64,000 bases of DNA from an uncultured Alphaproteobacteria bacterium (GCA_902611415.1 CACLZM010000004.1:7628-71627), one strand, 5' to 3'. Shown: positions 22,802-33,690, numbered from the stretch's first letter. Numbers and translations are program-made. The notes: generated by a model not told the origin, from the letters alone.

Positions 22802-24133
22802 TTTTTTTTTGACACTCATTACTCCATCTTTCAAAGTAACATCAAAATTATTTAATTTTTTTAAAGTTTGTATACTTTTAATAATTTGATTTTCTGATTT
22901 CAATATAGCATAACCTTTTTTTAGGTTTTTTTCTATCGAAGAGGTATTAAGTATCTTATTTAGTAAATATAATTTTTGAGAAAAAATCTTAAATTTATTT
23001 AAAATTAAGGTTTTGTTATTATTATTAATGTATCCAATCTTGCTTTGTATTTCTGATATTTTTTGTTTTGGGCTATTATTTTGTAGTCTAATCAATGTAT
23101 CATTAAAGAAATTTGATTTATCGTAAAAGGAATTATTAACTATCTTTAAATTCTCACTGTTTATTTTACTTAATTTGATTTCAACATCTTTGATTGAATT
23201 TGAAAAATAATTTACAGAATTTTTGAATCTCAATAATAGTTGTTCTATTGATAAATATTTTTGTTCGATTGATTGATTTAGTTTTACTTGTAAATCCTGA
23301 ATTTGATTTAATAAATAATTTTTATCGGGAACTGCAATTTCAGCTGCTGCAGTAGGTGTTGGTGCACGCAAATCTGAGACATAATCTAATAAGGTAAAGT
23401 CAGTATCATGACCAATAGCTGAAATATTAGGAATTTTTAATTTAAAAACTCTTTTTATTAAATCGGGTTCGTTAAAAGGCATTAACTCTTCCAAAGAACC
23501 TCCACCTCTAGCAAATATGATTAAATCTGGTTTTAAAAAGTCTTTTGAGTCATGATTTTCAATGAGATCTAAAAAATCTATAATTTCAATATGAGAATTT
23601 TTACCTTGAACAGAAATAGGGAAAACCTTTATTTGAGTAACTGGAAATCTCTCAGAAATTCTATGAATTATATCATGAATTACTGAACCAGAAGATGACG
23701 TTAAGACACCAATAGATTTTGGATATTTAGGCAATTTTTTTTTCTTATCATCATTAAACAAACCCAGCAAAGATAATTCTTTTTTCCTGTCTTCAATAAG
23801 CTTTAATATTGATCCTGTGCCACTATACTCAACCTGATCAATAATGAGTTGGTAAACAGATCTCCCAAATTTAGAATAAGATGTTATCCTACCATAAAAA
23901 CTGTATTCAGTTCCCTCTTCAATTTGAACTTGCAAATTTTCATAGCTTACTTTCCAACATATGCAAGATATGACCTCATCGTTTTCTTTAATTGAAAAAT
24001 ATACGTGTCCAGAACTAGCTATAGTTATTGATCCTACCTCTCCAACTAGCTTTAAATAAGAATAGTTTTCCTCCAATAAATCTTTTATTGACTTATTCAG
24101 TTGTGTTACAGTGTACTCAGGAATATTATTCAC
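22796..24133 (-). CDS. xseA: Exodeoxyribonuclease VII large subunit
   Basis: SGHVYF, ARGGGSLEEL, SAIGHDTD, RAPTPTAAAE; GTG at 24133 chosen to avoid overlap with purD. Confidence 0.94.
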   Translation of the reverse strand: MNNIPEYTVTQLNKSIKDLLEENYSYLKLVGEVGSITIASSGHVYFSIKENDEVISCICWKVSYENLQVQIEEGTEYSFYGRITSYSKFGRSVYQLIIDQVEYSGTGSILKLIEDRKKELSLLGLFNDDKKKKLPKYPKSIGVLTSSSGSVIHDIIHRISERFPVTQIKVFPISVQGKNSHIEIIDFLDLIENHDSKDFLKPDLIIFARGGGSLEELMPFNEPDLIKRVFKLKIPNISAIGHDTDFTLLDYVSDLRAPTPTAAAEIAVPDKNYLLNQIQDLQVKLNQSIEQKYLSIEQLLLRFKNSVNYFSNSIKDVEIKLSKINSENLKIVNNSFYDKSNFFNDTLIRLQNNSPKQKISEIQSKIGYINNNNKTLILNKFKIFSQKLYLLNKILNTSSIEKNLKKGYAILKSENQIIKSIQTLKKLNNFDVTLKDGVMSVKKKL

Positions 24134-24163
24134 AAAATAAATATACTTTATTATGTTATATAA

Positions 24164-25426
24164 ATGAATGTCATAGTTGTAGGATCTGGTGCCCGAGAAC
24201 ATGCTTTGTGTAGAATTCTTCACAAGTCTTACCTTTGTGAAAAAGTATTTTGTTTTCCTGGAAATTATGGAATTAGTCAAATTGCAGAGTGTAAAAACAT
24301 CTCATCCAAAGAGGATATTGTTGAGGAATGTATTAAAATTAATCCAGACCTAGTAGTTGTAGGTCCGGAAAACTATTTATCAGAAAATCTTGCGGGAGAA
24401 CTTAGAAATAAGGGTTTAAATGTTTTTGGGCCTGACTCTGAAGGCGCAAAACTTGAGTCTTCCAAAGAGTTCATGAAAGAATTTTGTCAATCTCACAATA
24501 TTCCAACAGCAAAGTCTCAAACTTTTGTTGATTTTGATGAAGCAAAAAACTATCTCGAAAGTTTTAATGGTCCCATTGTTGTAAAATATGATGGTTTAGC
24601 TGCTGGTAAAGGGGTTTTTGTATGCACAAATACAAATGAAGCAATAGAGGCTTGTGAAAGGATTTTTATAAAAAAGGAATTTAATCAAGAAAATAATAAA
24701 GTTGTTATTGAAGAATTCATTGAGGGAAAAGAATTGAGTTTATTTACAATTACTGATGGTGATGAATACTTAAATATTGGTTCCGCACAAGACTATAAAA
24801 GAGTTGGAAATAATGATACTGGACCAAATACTGGAGGAATGGGCACTATCAGCCCTGCCCCTATTTTAGATAATAATCTAGATATGATAATTCAGGATCA
24901 AATAGTAAAAAAAACTATAGAGGGTTTAAAGCATGACAACATAGCATTTCAAGGTGTTATATTTTTTGGGATAATTGTCAATGAACACAATCAACCATAT
25001 TTGCTAGAATACAATACTAGATTTGGTGATCCTGAAATTCAAAGTATTTCTCTTAGGATAAAGTCAGATTTTTTATCTTTACTTCATTCAACTGCAACAA
25101 AAAATTTAAAATATGCCAATATTGAATTGTTTGAAAATAAAAAATCGATTTGTTTAATTTTAGCAACGAAAGGATATCCAGGAGATTACCCTAAAAATAC
25201 TGAAATCAGAAATTTAAATGAATTAAAAAATAATGATGAATTTTATATTTTTCATGCTGCAACTAAATTAATAAACAACAAAGTCTTTTCTAATGGAGGT
25301 AGAGTTCTATCAATCGTTGTATGTGGAGATAATTATCTTGAATGTAGAAATAAAGTGTATGAAATAGCAGATATTATCGACTGGCCTGAAAAATATTATA
25401 GATCTGATATTGGTGCTAATTTTTAG
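24164..25426 (+). CDS. purD: Phosphoribosylamine-glycine ligase
   Basis: GSGAREHA, GLAAGKGV, GPNTGGMG, RFGDPE. Confidence 0.97.
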   Translation: MNVIVVGSGAREHALCRILHKSYLCEKVFCFPGNYGISQIAECKNISSKEDIVEECIKINPDLVVVGPENYLSENLAGELRNKGLNVFGPDSEGAKLESSKEFMKEFCQSHNIPTAKSQTFVDFDEAKNYLESFNGPIVVKYDGLAAGKGVFVCTNTNEAIEACERIFIKKEFNQENNKVVIEEFIEGKELSLFTITDGDEYLNIGSAQDYKRVGNNDTGPNTGGMGTISPAPILDNNLDMIIQDQIVKKTIEGLKHDNIAFQGVIFFGIIVNEHNQPYLLEYNTRFGDPEIQSISLRIKSDFLSLLHSTATKNLKYANIELFENKKSICLILATKGYPGDYPKNTEIRNLNELKNNDEFYIFHAATKLINNKVFSNGGRVLSIVVCGDNYLECRNKVYEIADIIDWPEKYYRSDIGANF

Positions 25427-25841
25427 CTCTTTTATTTTTAAAAAATTTTTTTATTAAATTTTCCTCATTATTTTTAATTAATTTATACTTTACCTTCGAT
25501 ATAGTTTTTCTACTTGGGTTTTCATTTTTAAATAAATAATAAACCTCAGATAATCTTGAGGATTTTATAACCTCTTTGCACATATTACATGGTTCTAAAT
25601 AAGATATCATTATAAGACCATCTAATCTCTTCAGATTTAATTTTTTACATGCTTTTCTTATACATAAAATTTCTGCATGTGCAGTTGGATCATTTAAAGC
25701 TATTTCTTGATTGAAAGATCTAGCAATAATTCTCTCATCGATTGGGTCAACTATTATGGATGCTATAGGAATCTCACCTTTTTCCATAGCAAATTTACTT
25801 TGACTAAGTACAATACGTATAAAATTTGTTAGGTTGTTCAT
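25416..25841 (-). CDS. tadA: tRNA adenosine deaminase-like nucleoside deaminase
   Basis: GEIPI, DPTAHAE, EPCNMC; ATG at 25841. Confidence 0.85.
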   Translation of the reverse strand: MNNLTNFIRIVLSQSKFAMEKGEIPIASIIVDPIDERIIARSFNQEIALNDPTAHAEILCIRKACKKLNLKRLDGLIMISYLEPCNMCKEVIKSSRLSEVYYLFKNENPSRKTISKVKYKLIKNNEENLIKKFFKNKRAKN

Positions 25842-25842
25842 T

Positions 25843-26550
25843 GTGAATAGATCCCCAGTCATTGGTATTACAACTGATTATAAGGAAAAAGAAAACACAT
25901 ATTCTAAATATCCTTGGTTTGCTCTCAGACGCCATTATTCAAACTGTTTATATCAGTTTGGTTGTACACCAATAATACTGCCTATAACAGAAACTATAAA
26001 AAATATAGATTTTTTAGATGGATTACTAATCTCGGGAGGGGACTTTGATATTGATCCAAAATATTACGGTGAAAATATTCAGTCAGATAAAATTCAAACC
26101 ATTAAAGATAGGACTAAATTTGAATTTGAAATATTAGAAAAATATTTTCCCTGTAATAAACCTATTTTGGGAATATGTGGAGGGTGCCAACTTCTTAATG
26201 TATTTTTTGGTGGTAGTTTAATTCAAGATATTGAGTCATTTATTGAACACGAACAACCCAATCCAAGAGATGAGACTAGTCATGAAATATTTTTAAGTGA
26301 TGAATCTAATCTTAAGATATTTAAAAATAGTCAAAAAATTTTTGTTAATAGCGCTCATCATCAGGGCATTAATAAAATTGGTCAAAATTTAATAGTTGAT
26401 GCTTATGCTCCTGATAATCTAATTGAGGCTTTTCATCATAATCAACATCCATTATGTATGGGTGTTCAATGGCATCCTGAATTTTTAATAACAGAGTTTG
26501 ATAAAAGTATAATAAAGCTGTTTACAGATCATGCAAAAAATAACTTTTAG
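25843..26550 (+). CDS. Peptidase C26 / gamma-glutamyl hydrolase (class I glutamine amidotransferase)
   Basis: PVIGIT, GLLISGG, PILGICGG, VNSAHHQ, GVQWHPE; GTG at 25843. Confidence 0.88.
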   Translation: MNRSPVIGITTDYKEKENTYSKYPWFALRRHYSNCLYQFGCTPIILPITETIKNIDFLDGLLISGGDFDIDPKYYGENIQSDKIQTIKDRTKFEFEILEKYFPCNKPILGICGGCQLLNVFFGGSLIQDIESFIEHEQPNPRDETSHEIFLSDESNLKIFKNSQKIFVNSAHHQGINKIGQNLIVDAYAPDNLIEAFHHNQHPLCMGVQWHPEFLITEFDKSIIKLFTDHAKNNF

Positions 26551-27223
26551 TAAAAAATTATCAATTCAATTTAAAATTTCGAGAAACCAAGCAGAAAGTT
26601 TAATAAAAAATAAAAAAGTAACTTTAAATGGTAATATTGAAACAAGACCATTTATATCAGTAACTAATAAAGATATTTTTAAGATTGAAAAACTTAAATC
26701 TAATAAACTTAATATAATACTATTTCATAAACCGCGAGGTTGTATAACATCCAAAAAAGATGAAAAAGATAGAAAAATTGTTTATGACTTTCTTCCTAAG
26801 AAATATCACCAGTATCACTATATTGGTAGATTAGATTATAATTCTGAAGGTTTATTACTATTTACAAAAGAGACCTCTTTTAAAAGATACATGGAACTTC
26901 CTAAATCAAATATTAAAAGATCTTATCTTGTGAATGTAATGGGTACCTTTGATCAAAATAAGCTTAAATCAATGAATAAAAAAATTTATGGAAAAGAAAT
27001 ATATAAAAAACCTAATGTAAAATTAGTTTACTCAAACACGAACAAACATGTACTTAGATTTAATCTTACTGAGGGAAAAAATAGAGAAATAAGAAATATC
27101 TGTGCATTATTTAATTTAAAAGTAGAAAAGCTTAAAAGGATCTCTTACGGTCGTTTTCTATTAAAATCTATAACATATGGTGAATATAAAGAAATGCAGG
27201 TTAATGAAGGTTATCAGCGGTAA
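26531..27223 (+). CDS. RsuA/RluB-family rRNA pseudouridine synthase
   Basis: S4-like N-terminus, HKPRG, GRLDYNSEGLLL, EGKNREIR. Confidence 0.9.
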   Translation: MQKITFSKKLSIQFKISRNQAESLIKNKKVTLNGNIETRPFISVTNKDIFKIEKLKSNKLNIILFHKPRGCITSKKDEKDRKIVYDFLPKKYHQYHYIGRLDYNSEGLLLFTKETSFKRYMELPKSNIKRSYLVNVMGTFDQNKLKSMNKKIYGKEIYKKPNVKLVYSNTNKHVLRFNLTEGKNREIRNICALFNLKVEKLKRISYGRFLLKSITYGEYKEMQVNEGYQR

Positions 27224-27731
27224 ATATAAGGGGAGAAAAATACAGGTTGAGTCAAGAAGTGATTACAGGCCAACCTTAACAAGAATTAGAGAGGATATTT
27301 TTAATTTATTATTACATAATAATGATCTGAATATAGACCTTAATGAGGTTATTTTATGTGATTTGTTTGCAGGAACAGGTTCAATTGGTATAGAGGCGTT
27401 ATCTAGAGGTGTTAAAAAAGTAATATTTAACGACATCGAAAAAAAACATACTGGCAAAATTGAAGAGTTTTTAAAAAAAATTAATGAAGAAAATTATGAA
27501 ATAATCAATCTTGACCCTTACAAACAAAAAGTAGAAATTTTAGATAGTTGCCAATTAATTTATATCGACCCTCCTTATGATCATAGTTTTGAATTAATTA
27601 AAAAAAAAATTTTAGATAAGATAAATTCTAATATTTTAATTATATATGAAAGTATAAATTTTATAGACATAAAAAATGTGATCTTGCAAAAACGATATAA
27701 AAATAAAAATTTATTCTTTTTTAAAACTTAA
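27204..27731 (+). CDS. rsmD: 16S rRNA m2G966 methyltransferase
   Basis: MKVISGKYKGRK, RPT, DLFAGTG, DPPY; ATG at 27204. Confidence 0.92.
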   Translation: MKVISGKYKGRKIQVESRSDYRPTLTRIREDIFNLLLHNNDLNIDLNEVILCDLFAGTGSIGIEALSRGVKKVIFNDIEKKHTGKIEEFLKKINEENYEIINLDPYKQKVEILDSCQLIYIDPPYDHSFELIKKKILDKINSNILIIYESINFIDIKNVILQKRYKNKNLFFFKT

Positions 27732-28021
27732 CTAATTTTAAAATAATTAATAAACTTTATAAAAAACTTTTTAAAATAATTTAATTCTCCAAAAACTAGA
27801 GCCAAAGCAATCAAAACAAATTGATATATAGGGAAAATCAATATTAATCTAATTATCCAATATAAAATTTTATTTGAAATAAATTTTTCTATAGATACTA
27901 ATTCGAGTAATGGATCAGATAAAATGAGTGATAAAGATCCTGCAATGCCAAAAATTATAAATATTTTTATTAGATGAAATTTCGAACTAGCCCCAAAAAG
28001 ATTTATTAAATTATTTATCAA
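27728..28021 (-). CDS. Small membrane protein (DUF6787-like)
   Basis: IFIIFGIAGS...IFPIYQ..FGE.NYF pattern. Confidence 0.6.
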   Translation of the reverse strand: MINNLINLFGASSKFHLIKIFIIFGIAGSLSLILSDPLLELVSIEKFISNKILYWIIRLILIFPIYQFVLIALALVFGELNYFKKFFIKFINYFKIS

Positions 28022-28022
28022 T

Positions 28023-29180
28023 TTATGTTTTTGTATTTTTTTTTAATATTTCAACTGCAGGCTGATCTAGAAAATTAATTTTTTCAAATTTTGCTCTTAA
28101 ATAAATATCGAATATTAAATATAACAACTGATAACAATAATCATTAAAATCATCATTTGTTATAACCTGTGTGACTAAAAATTTTTTTTGCTGAAGGGTT
28201 TTTATAGCTCCCGCCTCAAGAGTATTGATCAAGTTGTAATGTTTTATAAGACTTGAGTTAGATGAGATAGGATTTAAAATGCTGGATAATTTAAAAAAAA
28301 TATAGTGCTTATCATGAGGCCCATCTATATAAAGTTGGAATTGACTATGTTGATCAATTGACCCATACGAAGAAATATAGTTTTTGGCATTCTTATTTTT
28401 CCCCAAACTCTCTGCAAAAATCTGCCTATACCATTCGTTAACTGAGTTCATCTTATCGTGATAGCTTAAACCAACTATGTTGCATAAATCATATTTTTTT
28501 TCATAACTTATAGAATAAAAAATAAGTTTTGATAATTTTGTATGATTTTTTAAAAATAAAGATTTAGCATTTTTAAATGAATTTAAAATTTTTGTTAATG
28601 AGAATCCTATTAATATTAATGGCAATAAAGCAGTTATAGAAAAAATACTGAATCTACCTCCAATATTTGGATCATGATCAAAACATAGTACATTATTTTT
28701 TTTTGCAAAATTTTTCATGTAATTATCTTTATTCTCTGTAATAAAAATAAAATTATTGAATATATTAGGAAACTTTTTTTGATTTAAAATTTTAATGACT
28801 ATTTGTAAGAAATATTTTGTTTCTATTGTATTTCCAGATTTAGAGATAAATATAAATTTATCATTTCTATTAATATTTAAATCAAATAATACATTTTTAA
28901 TTTTTACAGGTGATGGATTATCATAAATAAAAAGTCTTTTACCCAAACAGCTAGGATCTAAAAATTGGGCTAATAATTTTGTACTTAATGAAGATCCGCC
29001 CATACCAAAAACATGGGTTCTAAATTGTTTTTTTTTAAATAATTTCAAATTATAATTATCAAAATAATTTTTTTGATTAATAGGATTAAACATATTTAAT
29101 GAGAAAAATTCATTGATTGAGTAATTTATTTTTGATTTAAAATTAAATTTTAAATTTTTTGAATTATCTTTTACTAGCAA
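28023..29180 (-). CDS. pgi: Glucose-6-phosphate isomerase (short, divergent)
   Basis: GMGGS, SKSGNTIET, GGRFS, AESLGK, DQHS, DQPAVE..K. Confidence 0.88.
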   Translation of the reverse strand: MLVKDNSKNLKFNFKSKINYSINEFFSLNMFNPINQKNYFDNYNLKLFKKKQFRTHVFGMGGSSLSTKLLAQFLDPSCLGKRLFIYDNPSPVKIKNVLFDLNINRNDKFIFISKSGNTIETKYFLQIVIKILNQKKFPNIFNNFIFITENKDNYMKNFAKKNNVLCFDHDPNIGGRFSIFSITALLPLILIGFSLTKILNSFKNAKSLFLKNHTKLSKLIFYSISYEKKYDLCNIVGLSYHDKMNSVNEWYRQIFAESLGKNKNAKNYISSYGSIDQHSQFQLYIDGPHDKHYIFFKLSSILNPISSNSSLIKHYNLINTLEAGAIKTLQQKKFLVTQVITNDDFNDYCYQLLYLIFDIYLRAKFEKINFLDQPAVEILKKNTKT

Positions 29181-29208
29181 TATTACCTCCTAAAAATTAA
29201 TAAAAATA

Positions 29209-29520
29209 TTATCTTTTACTTTTACCCTTAAATAATTTTTGAAATAGGTTTTCATCAGTTTTGTAACCACTTTCATCATCTATTTTATTAATAATATCAG
29301 GATTAACATCAATTGCCTGAGTTTGATTTAAAATTGAATTAATAACAGCATTGTCATTAATATTTAAGTTATTATTTGTTTCCTCAGTATTTGGAGTAGG
29401 TAAATCATTTGATGGTGGAATTATTAGAGTTTTATTATAACCAAGACCCAGCTCATTTTTTACTTCACGTTGACAAGATAATACAAAAATTGTCAAAAAA
29501 ATTATTAAAATATTCTTCAT
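29209..29520 (-). CDS. Lipoprotein (DUF3035-like)
   Basis: Lipobox VLSC, LIIPP..DLPTP; follows lspA. Confidence 0.6.
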   Translation of the reverse strand: MKNILIIFLTIFVLSCQREVKNELGLGYNKTLIIPPSNDLPTPNTEETNNNLNINDNAVINSILNQTQAIDVNPDIINKIDDESGYKTDENLFQKLFKGKSKR

Positions 29521-30008
29521 AATTTTTTATTTAAAAACAAAATATTTATCATCATTATCACAAATCCCAGTGTAACACAGCTATCAGCTATATTAAATGC
29601 TGGCCAATGAAATTTACCTATGTAAATGTCAATAAAATCAACAACAAAACCTCTATAGATTCTATCGATAAAATTACCTATTGCTCCAGCTAAAATTATT
29701 ACAAGTGTTAATTGAAAAATCTTATCTTGAGTTTTCATTAACAAATATAAAAAATATAAAATTATTATTAAAATAACTATTGAAACTAATATTTGATTTA
29801 AAGAGGGTTTATTAAATAACCCAAAGGCAAACCCGTAATTAACAACAAATGTTAAATTAAAAAATGGTAAAATACTAATTGACTCATAAAGTTCAAAAAA
29901 AAATGTGACTAATGCTTTTGTAATTTGATCTAAAATTACAAGGAATAAAAAAAGAAAAGATAACCTTAAATTTAATTTATTGTTGAAAAGATTTCCAAAC
30001 ATCTTCAC
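29517..30008 (-). CDS. lspA: Signal peptidase II
   Basis: DQITK, NYGFAFG, GAIGNFIDR, VVDFI, FNIAD; start may be ATG at 30002. Confidence 0.95.
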   Translation of the reverse strand: MKMFGNLFNNKLNLRLSFLFLFLVILDQITKALVTFFFELYESISILPFFNLTFVVNYGFAFGLFNKPSLNQILVSIVILIIILYFLYLLMKTQDKIFQLTLVIILAGAIGNFIDRIYRGFVVDFIDIYIGKFHWPAFNIADSCVTLGFVIMMINILFLNKKL

Positions 30009-32757
30009 ATCTATTACATAAATTATTTTTATTTAGAGATACTTCTTGCAGAACAGTCCAGCATCGTTCACATTTTTTTCCGTCAGCTAACTTTATCTCA
30101 ACATATATCTGTTCATCTTCAAAATTAATTGAGTCTTTTGATTTATTTGAAATATCTTTTATTTCAACACAACTAACAATAAACATTTCTGCCAAATCTA
30201 AATCTTTGATTATTGCTTTTGTTTTTTTAGATAAATATAAAATTACTTTTGCTTGAAGACTTGAGCCAATCAACTTTTCATTTCTTTTTAGCTCAAGTGC
30301 TGAAGTTACACTTTTTCTAACAACTTTAAGTTCATTGAAGACTTTTTCTAAAGATGGATCTTTATAAGCAAATTCTTCCTCTAAGATATTCTGTAGTAAG
30401 ATACTTTCATTATTATCATAACTTCTAGAATTCCATGCTTCCTCACAAGTAAATGAAATTATAGGAGAGAACCATTTAGTTAAAAATTCAAATATAAAAT
30501 GTAAACAACTCGAAACTGATCTTCTTTTTAAACTTTTTATGTTATCACAGTACAAAGAATCTTTTCTTATATCAAAATAAAATGCTGATAGTTCTAAAGT
30601 ACAGAAATTTAATAAAGAAGTGTAAATAGTGTGGTAATCATGTTTTAAAACTAAATCCTTAAGAGTTTCATTTAAGTTTGAAATTCTCGTTAAAAGATAT
30701 CTTTCTAACCCAGGCATTTGTTCTGGTTTAATTAAATCTTTTTTATTAAAGTTGTTAAGATTTCCTAAAAGAAATCTTAATGTATTTCGTATTTTTCTAT
30801 ATGAGTCTATTTGGTAGCTGATAATTTGATTATCAATTTTAAGATCCTCAGAATAATCTGATGCAACAACCCAAATACGTAATATATCTGCTCCATATTT
30901 GTTGATTATCTCATCAGGGGAAATTACGTTTCCTACTGACTTAGACATTTTTCTGCCCTTACCATCTACAACGAACCCATGAGATAAAATACTTTCAAAA
31001 GGTGCTCTATCTCTTGTTCCACATGACTCAAGCAATGAGGAGTGAAACCAGCCTCTATGTTGGTCTGATCCCTCTAAGTACATCGAAGCTGGCCAGTGAA
31101 GATCTTCTCTGGCCTCTAATACATAAGAATGAGTTGAGCCACTATCAAACCAAACTTCAACGACATCTTTTACTTGTTCAAAGTCATTTGAGTCATATTC
31201 AGGAGTTAAAAATCTTGAGGGTTCAGAGTTAAACCAGGCATCACCACCCTCCAATTCGAAAATCTTTGCAATTTTTTCTATAATATTTTGATCGCGTAGA
31301 GGTTCACCTGTTTTTTTGTTCACAAATATTGGCAAAGGCACACCCCAAACTCTTTGTCTCGACACACACCAATCTGGACGGTCCTGTATCATACTTCTTA
31401 ATCTTTTTTGTCCTTGTTTTGGAAAAAAATCAGTTTCATCAATAGCTTTAAGTGCTTTTTTTCTTAAATTATTTGTATCCATAGAGATAAACCATTGTGA
31501 TGTATTTTTATACACCAAGGGCGCTTTAGATCTCCATGAATGAGGATAACTATGAACTAAAATTCCTTGTGATATTAAATTATTATTTTTTTTTATTTCA
31601 TCACAAACATTTTGATCAACTTTAAAAATATGTTGGCCGTTAAATATAGGAATATGATCATAATATATTCCACTTTCATTTATTGTCATGGGTAATTCTA
31701 AATTATGTTGTTTGCCCAAAATAAAATCATCCATTCCATGTACTGGACAAATATGAACTATACCCGTACCTTGTTCAGTAGTTACAAAATTACCATGAAG
31801 AATAGGAACTTCAAAATTATAGCCAGAGTCGTATAAAGTGTGTTTACAAAAAGTATTTGTTAATTCATGACCTTTAATAGAAAAATTAACTTTATATTCT
31901 TCAATTTTATTTTCTTGAATAAATACATCAACCAAATCGCTAGCTATAATTACTTTTTTGTTTTCATTGTCATTTTTTAAACTTAGAGATTTGTATTCGA
32001 TATCGTTATGAACTGCCAGAGCTCTATTACCTGGTATTGTCCAAGGAGTAGTTGTCCAAATAGTAATAGAATGCTCTTTTAGTTTATCGTTATCAGTTTT
32101 TGAAATCGGAAAACAAGCATATATTGTTGTTGATTTATGATCGTGATATTCAACTTCTGCGTCTGCAAGTGCAGTTTTTTCTATTACAGACCATAAAACA
32201 GGTCTGTGTCCTTTATAAATACCACCATTTTTTAAAAACTTTCCTAATTCTCTTACTATTTGTGCCTCTGCATGAAAATGCATAGTTGTGTATGGGTTAT
32301 CCCAATCTCCGATTACTCCCAATCTTTGGAATTCTTTTTTTTGAATAGATATCCACTCACTAGCAAAGTCTCTACACTGTTTTCTGAATTCAATCACAGG
32401 CACATCATCTTTGTTTTTCTTTTTAGCTCTGTATTCCTCCTCAATTTTCCATTCAATAGGTAGTCCATGGCAATCCCATCCAGGAACGTAAATAGAGTTT
32501 TTATTAAGAAGTTGTTGATATTTTACAATTATATCTTTTAAAATTTTATTGAGAGCATGACCCATATGAAGATGACCATTTGCATAAGGTGGTCCGTCGT
32601 GAAGAATAAATTTTTCTTTAGAATTGGATTGTTCCCTTAATTTTTTATATATGTCATTTTTAAGCCATTCATCAAGAATTACCGGCTCTTTTTTAGGTAA
32701 GTCAGCTTTCATTGAAAATTCAGTCTTTGGAAGAGTAATAGAGTCTTTAATTTCCAT
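29977..32757 (-). CDS. ileS: Isoleucine-tRNA ligase
   Basis: HDGPPYANG, HMGH, KMSKS, C-terminal KCERCW zinc motif. Confidence 0.98.
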   Translation of the reverse strand: MEIKDSITLPKTEFSMKADLPKKEPVILDEWLKNDIYKKLREQSNSKEKFILHDGPPYANGHLHMGHALNKILKDIIVKYQQLLNKNSIYVPGWDCHGLPIEWKIEEEYRAKKKNKDDVPVIEFRKQCRDFASEWISIQKKEFQRLGVIGDWDNPYTTMHFHAEAQIVRELGKFLKNGGIYKGHRPVLWSVIEKTALADAEVEYHDHKSTTIYACFPISKTDNDKLKEHSITIWTTTPWTIPGNRALAVHNDIEYKSLSLKNDNENKKVIIASDLVDVFIQENKIEEYKVNFSIKGHELTNTFCKHTLYDSGYNFEVPILHGNFVTTEQGTGIVHICPVHGMDDFILGKQHNLELPMTINESGIYYDHIPIFNGQHIFKVDQNVCDEIKKNNNLISQGILVHSYPHSWRSKAPLVYKNTSQWFISMDTNNLRKKALKAIDETDFFPKQGQKRLRSMIQDRPDWCVSRQRVWGVPLPIFVNKKTGEPLRDQNIIEKIAKIFELEGGDAWFNSEPSRFLTPEYDSNDFEQVKDVVEVWFDSGSTHSYVLEAREDLHWPASMYLEGSDQHRGWFHSSLLESCGTRDRAPFESILSHGFVVDGKGRKMSKSVGNVISPDEIINKYGADILRIWVVASDYSEDLKIDNQIISYQIDSYRKIRNTLRFLLGNLNNFNKKDLIKPEQMPGLERYLLTRISNLNETLKDLVLKHDYHTIYTSLLNFCTLELSAFYFDIRKDSLYCDNIKSLKRRSVSSCLHFIFEFLTKWFSPIISFTCEEAWNSRSYDNNESILLQNILEEEFAYKDPSLEKVFNELKVVRKSVTSALELKRNEKLIGSSLQAKVILYLSKKTKAIIKDLDLAEMFIVSCVEIKDISNKSKDSINFEDEQIYVEIKLADGKKCERCWTVLQEVSLNKNNLCNRCEDVWKSFQQ

Positions 32758-33682
32758 AATTTAATATTTTCTTTGCCTCAGCGATATCTAAATTGATTTG
32801 ATTTAATAATTCTTTTATACCATTAAATTTTTTCTCTTGTCGAATTTGTTTATAAATAAATAATTCTATATTCTTATCATAAATATTATTGTCAAAATCA
32901 AACAAATAGGCCTCAACAATTGGCTTTTCTTTATTAAAGGTTGGTCTTACACCAAAATTAACAATACCAAAATAAGTATTTCCATCAATTACAGTCTCTA
33001 CAGCATAGACACCATATGGAATAATAATTGTATTTAGAGGGTACTCGATATTAGCTGTGGGAATACCAATTGAACGACCTCTCTGATCGCCTTTAATAAC
33101 TTTACCAGAAATACTAAAAATTCTTTTCAAATCTTTATTTGCTAATTCAATATTTCCTAAATTAAGATTCTCTCTAATTTTACTTGAAGATATTTTGTTT
33201 TTATTTTGCTCATCGAAAATGAGATCAACTTCGTTTAGTTGAATTTTATTTTTCTCACAAAATATTCTTAAAGTTTCTATATTTCCTTTTCTTTTATTTC
33301 CATATTGAAAGTCTCTTCCTATTAAAATTCCTTTTGCATTAAGTTTACCCAGCAAAATTTTGTCTTCGAATTCTAAATGACTTAGTTGAGTAAATTTTTC
33401 ATTAAAATTTAAGTCAATTAAATAATCTAAACCTAAGCTCTCTAAAATTTCTTTTTTTTTTAATTGAGAATTAATCATAAAATTATTTTGTTTTTTAAAA
33501 TAAATTTTTGGATGAGGCGTGAATGATAGAATAGCTGATTTAGATTTTGATATTTTAGTTTTTTGTATTAAATTTTTAATTATCTCTCTATGGCCTTTAT
33601 GAATACCATCAAAGTTACCTATTGTTAAACACAGCTTTTCATCGATACTAATTTCTTCAAAACTACTATTGATATATTTCAT
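32747..33682 (-). CDS. ribF: Riboflavin kinase/FAD synthetase
   Basis: GNFDGIHKGH, ISSS, GIPTAN, GVRPT. Confidence 0.96.
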   Translation of the reverse strand: MKYINSSFEEISIDEKLCLTIGNFDGIHKGHREIIKNLIQKTKISKSKSAILSFTPHPKIYFKKQNNFMINSQLKKKEILESLGLDYLIDLNFNEKFTQLSHLEFEDKILLGKLNAKGILIGRDFQYGNKRKGNIETLRIFCEKNKIQLNEVDLIFDEQNKNKISSSKIRENLNLGNIELANKDLKRIFSISGKVIKGDQRGRSIGIPTANIEYPLNTIIIPYGVYAVETVIDGNTYFGIVNFGVRPTFNKEKPIVEAYLFDFDNNIYDKNIELFIYKQIRQEKKFNGIKELLNQINLDIAEAKKILNYGN

Positions 33683-33690
33683 AGAAAGAA

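Noticed and set aside
24134-24280. N-terminal extension of xseA in the ORF track (494 aa)
   Set aside because: Overlaps purD on the opposite strand; XseA-like sequence begins at GTG 24133.
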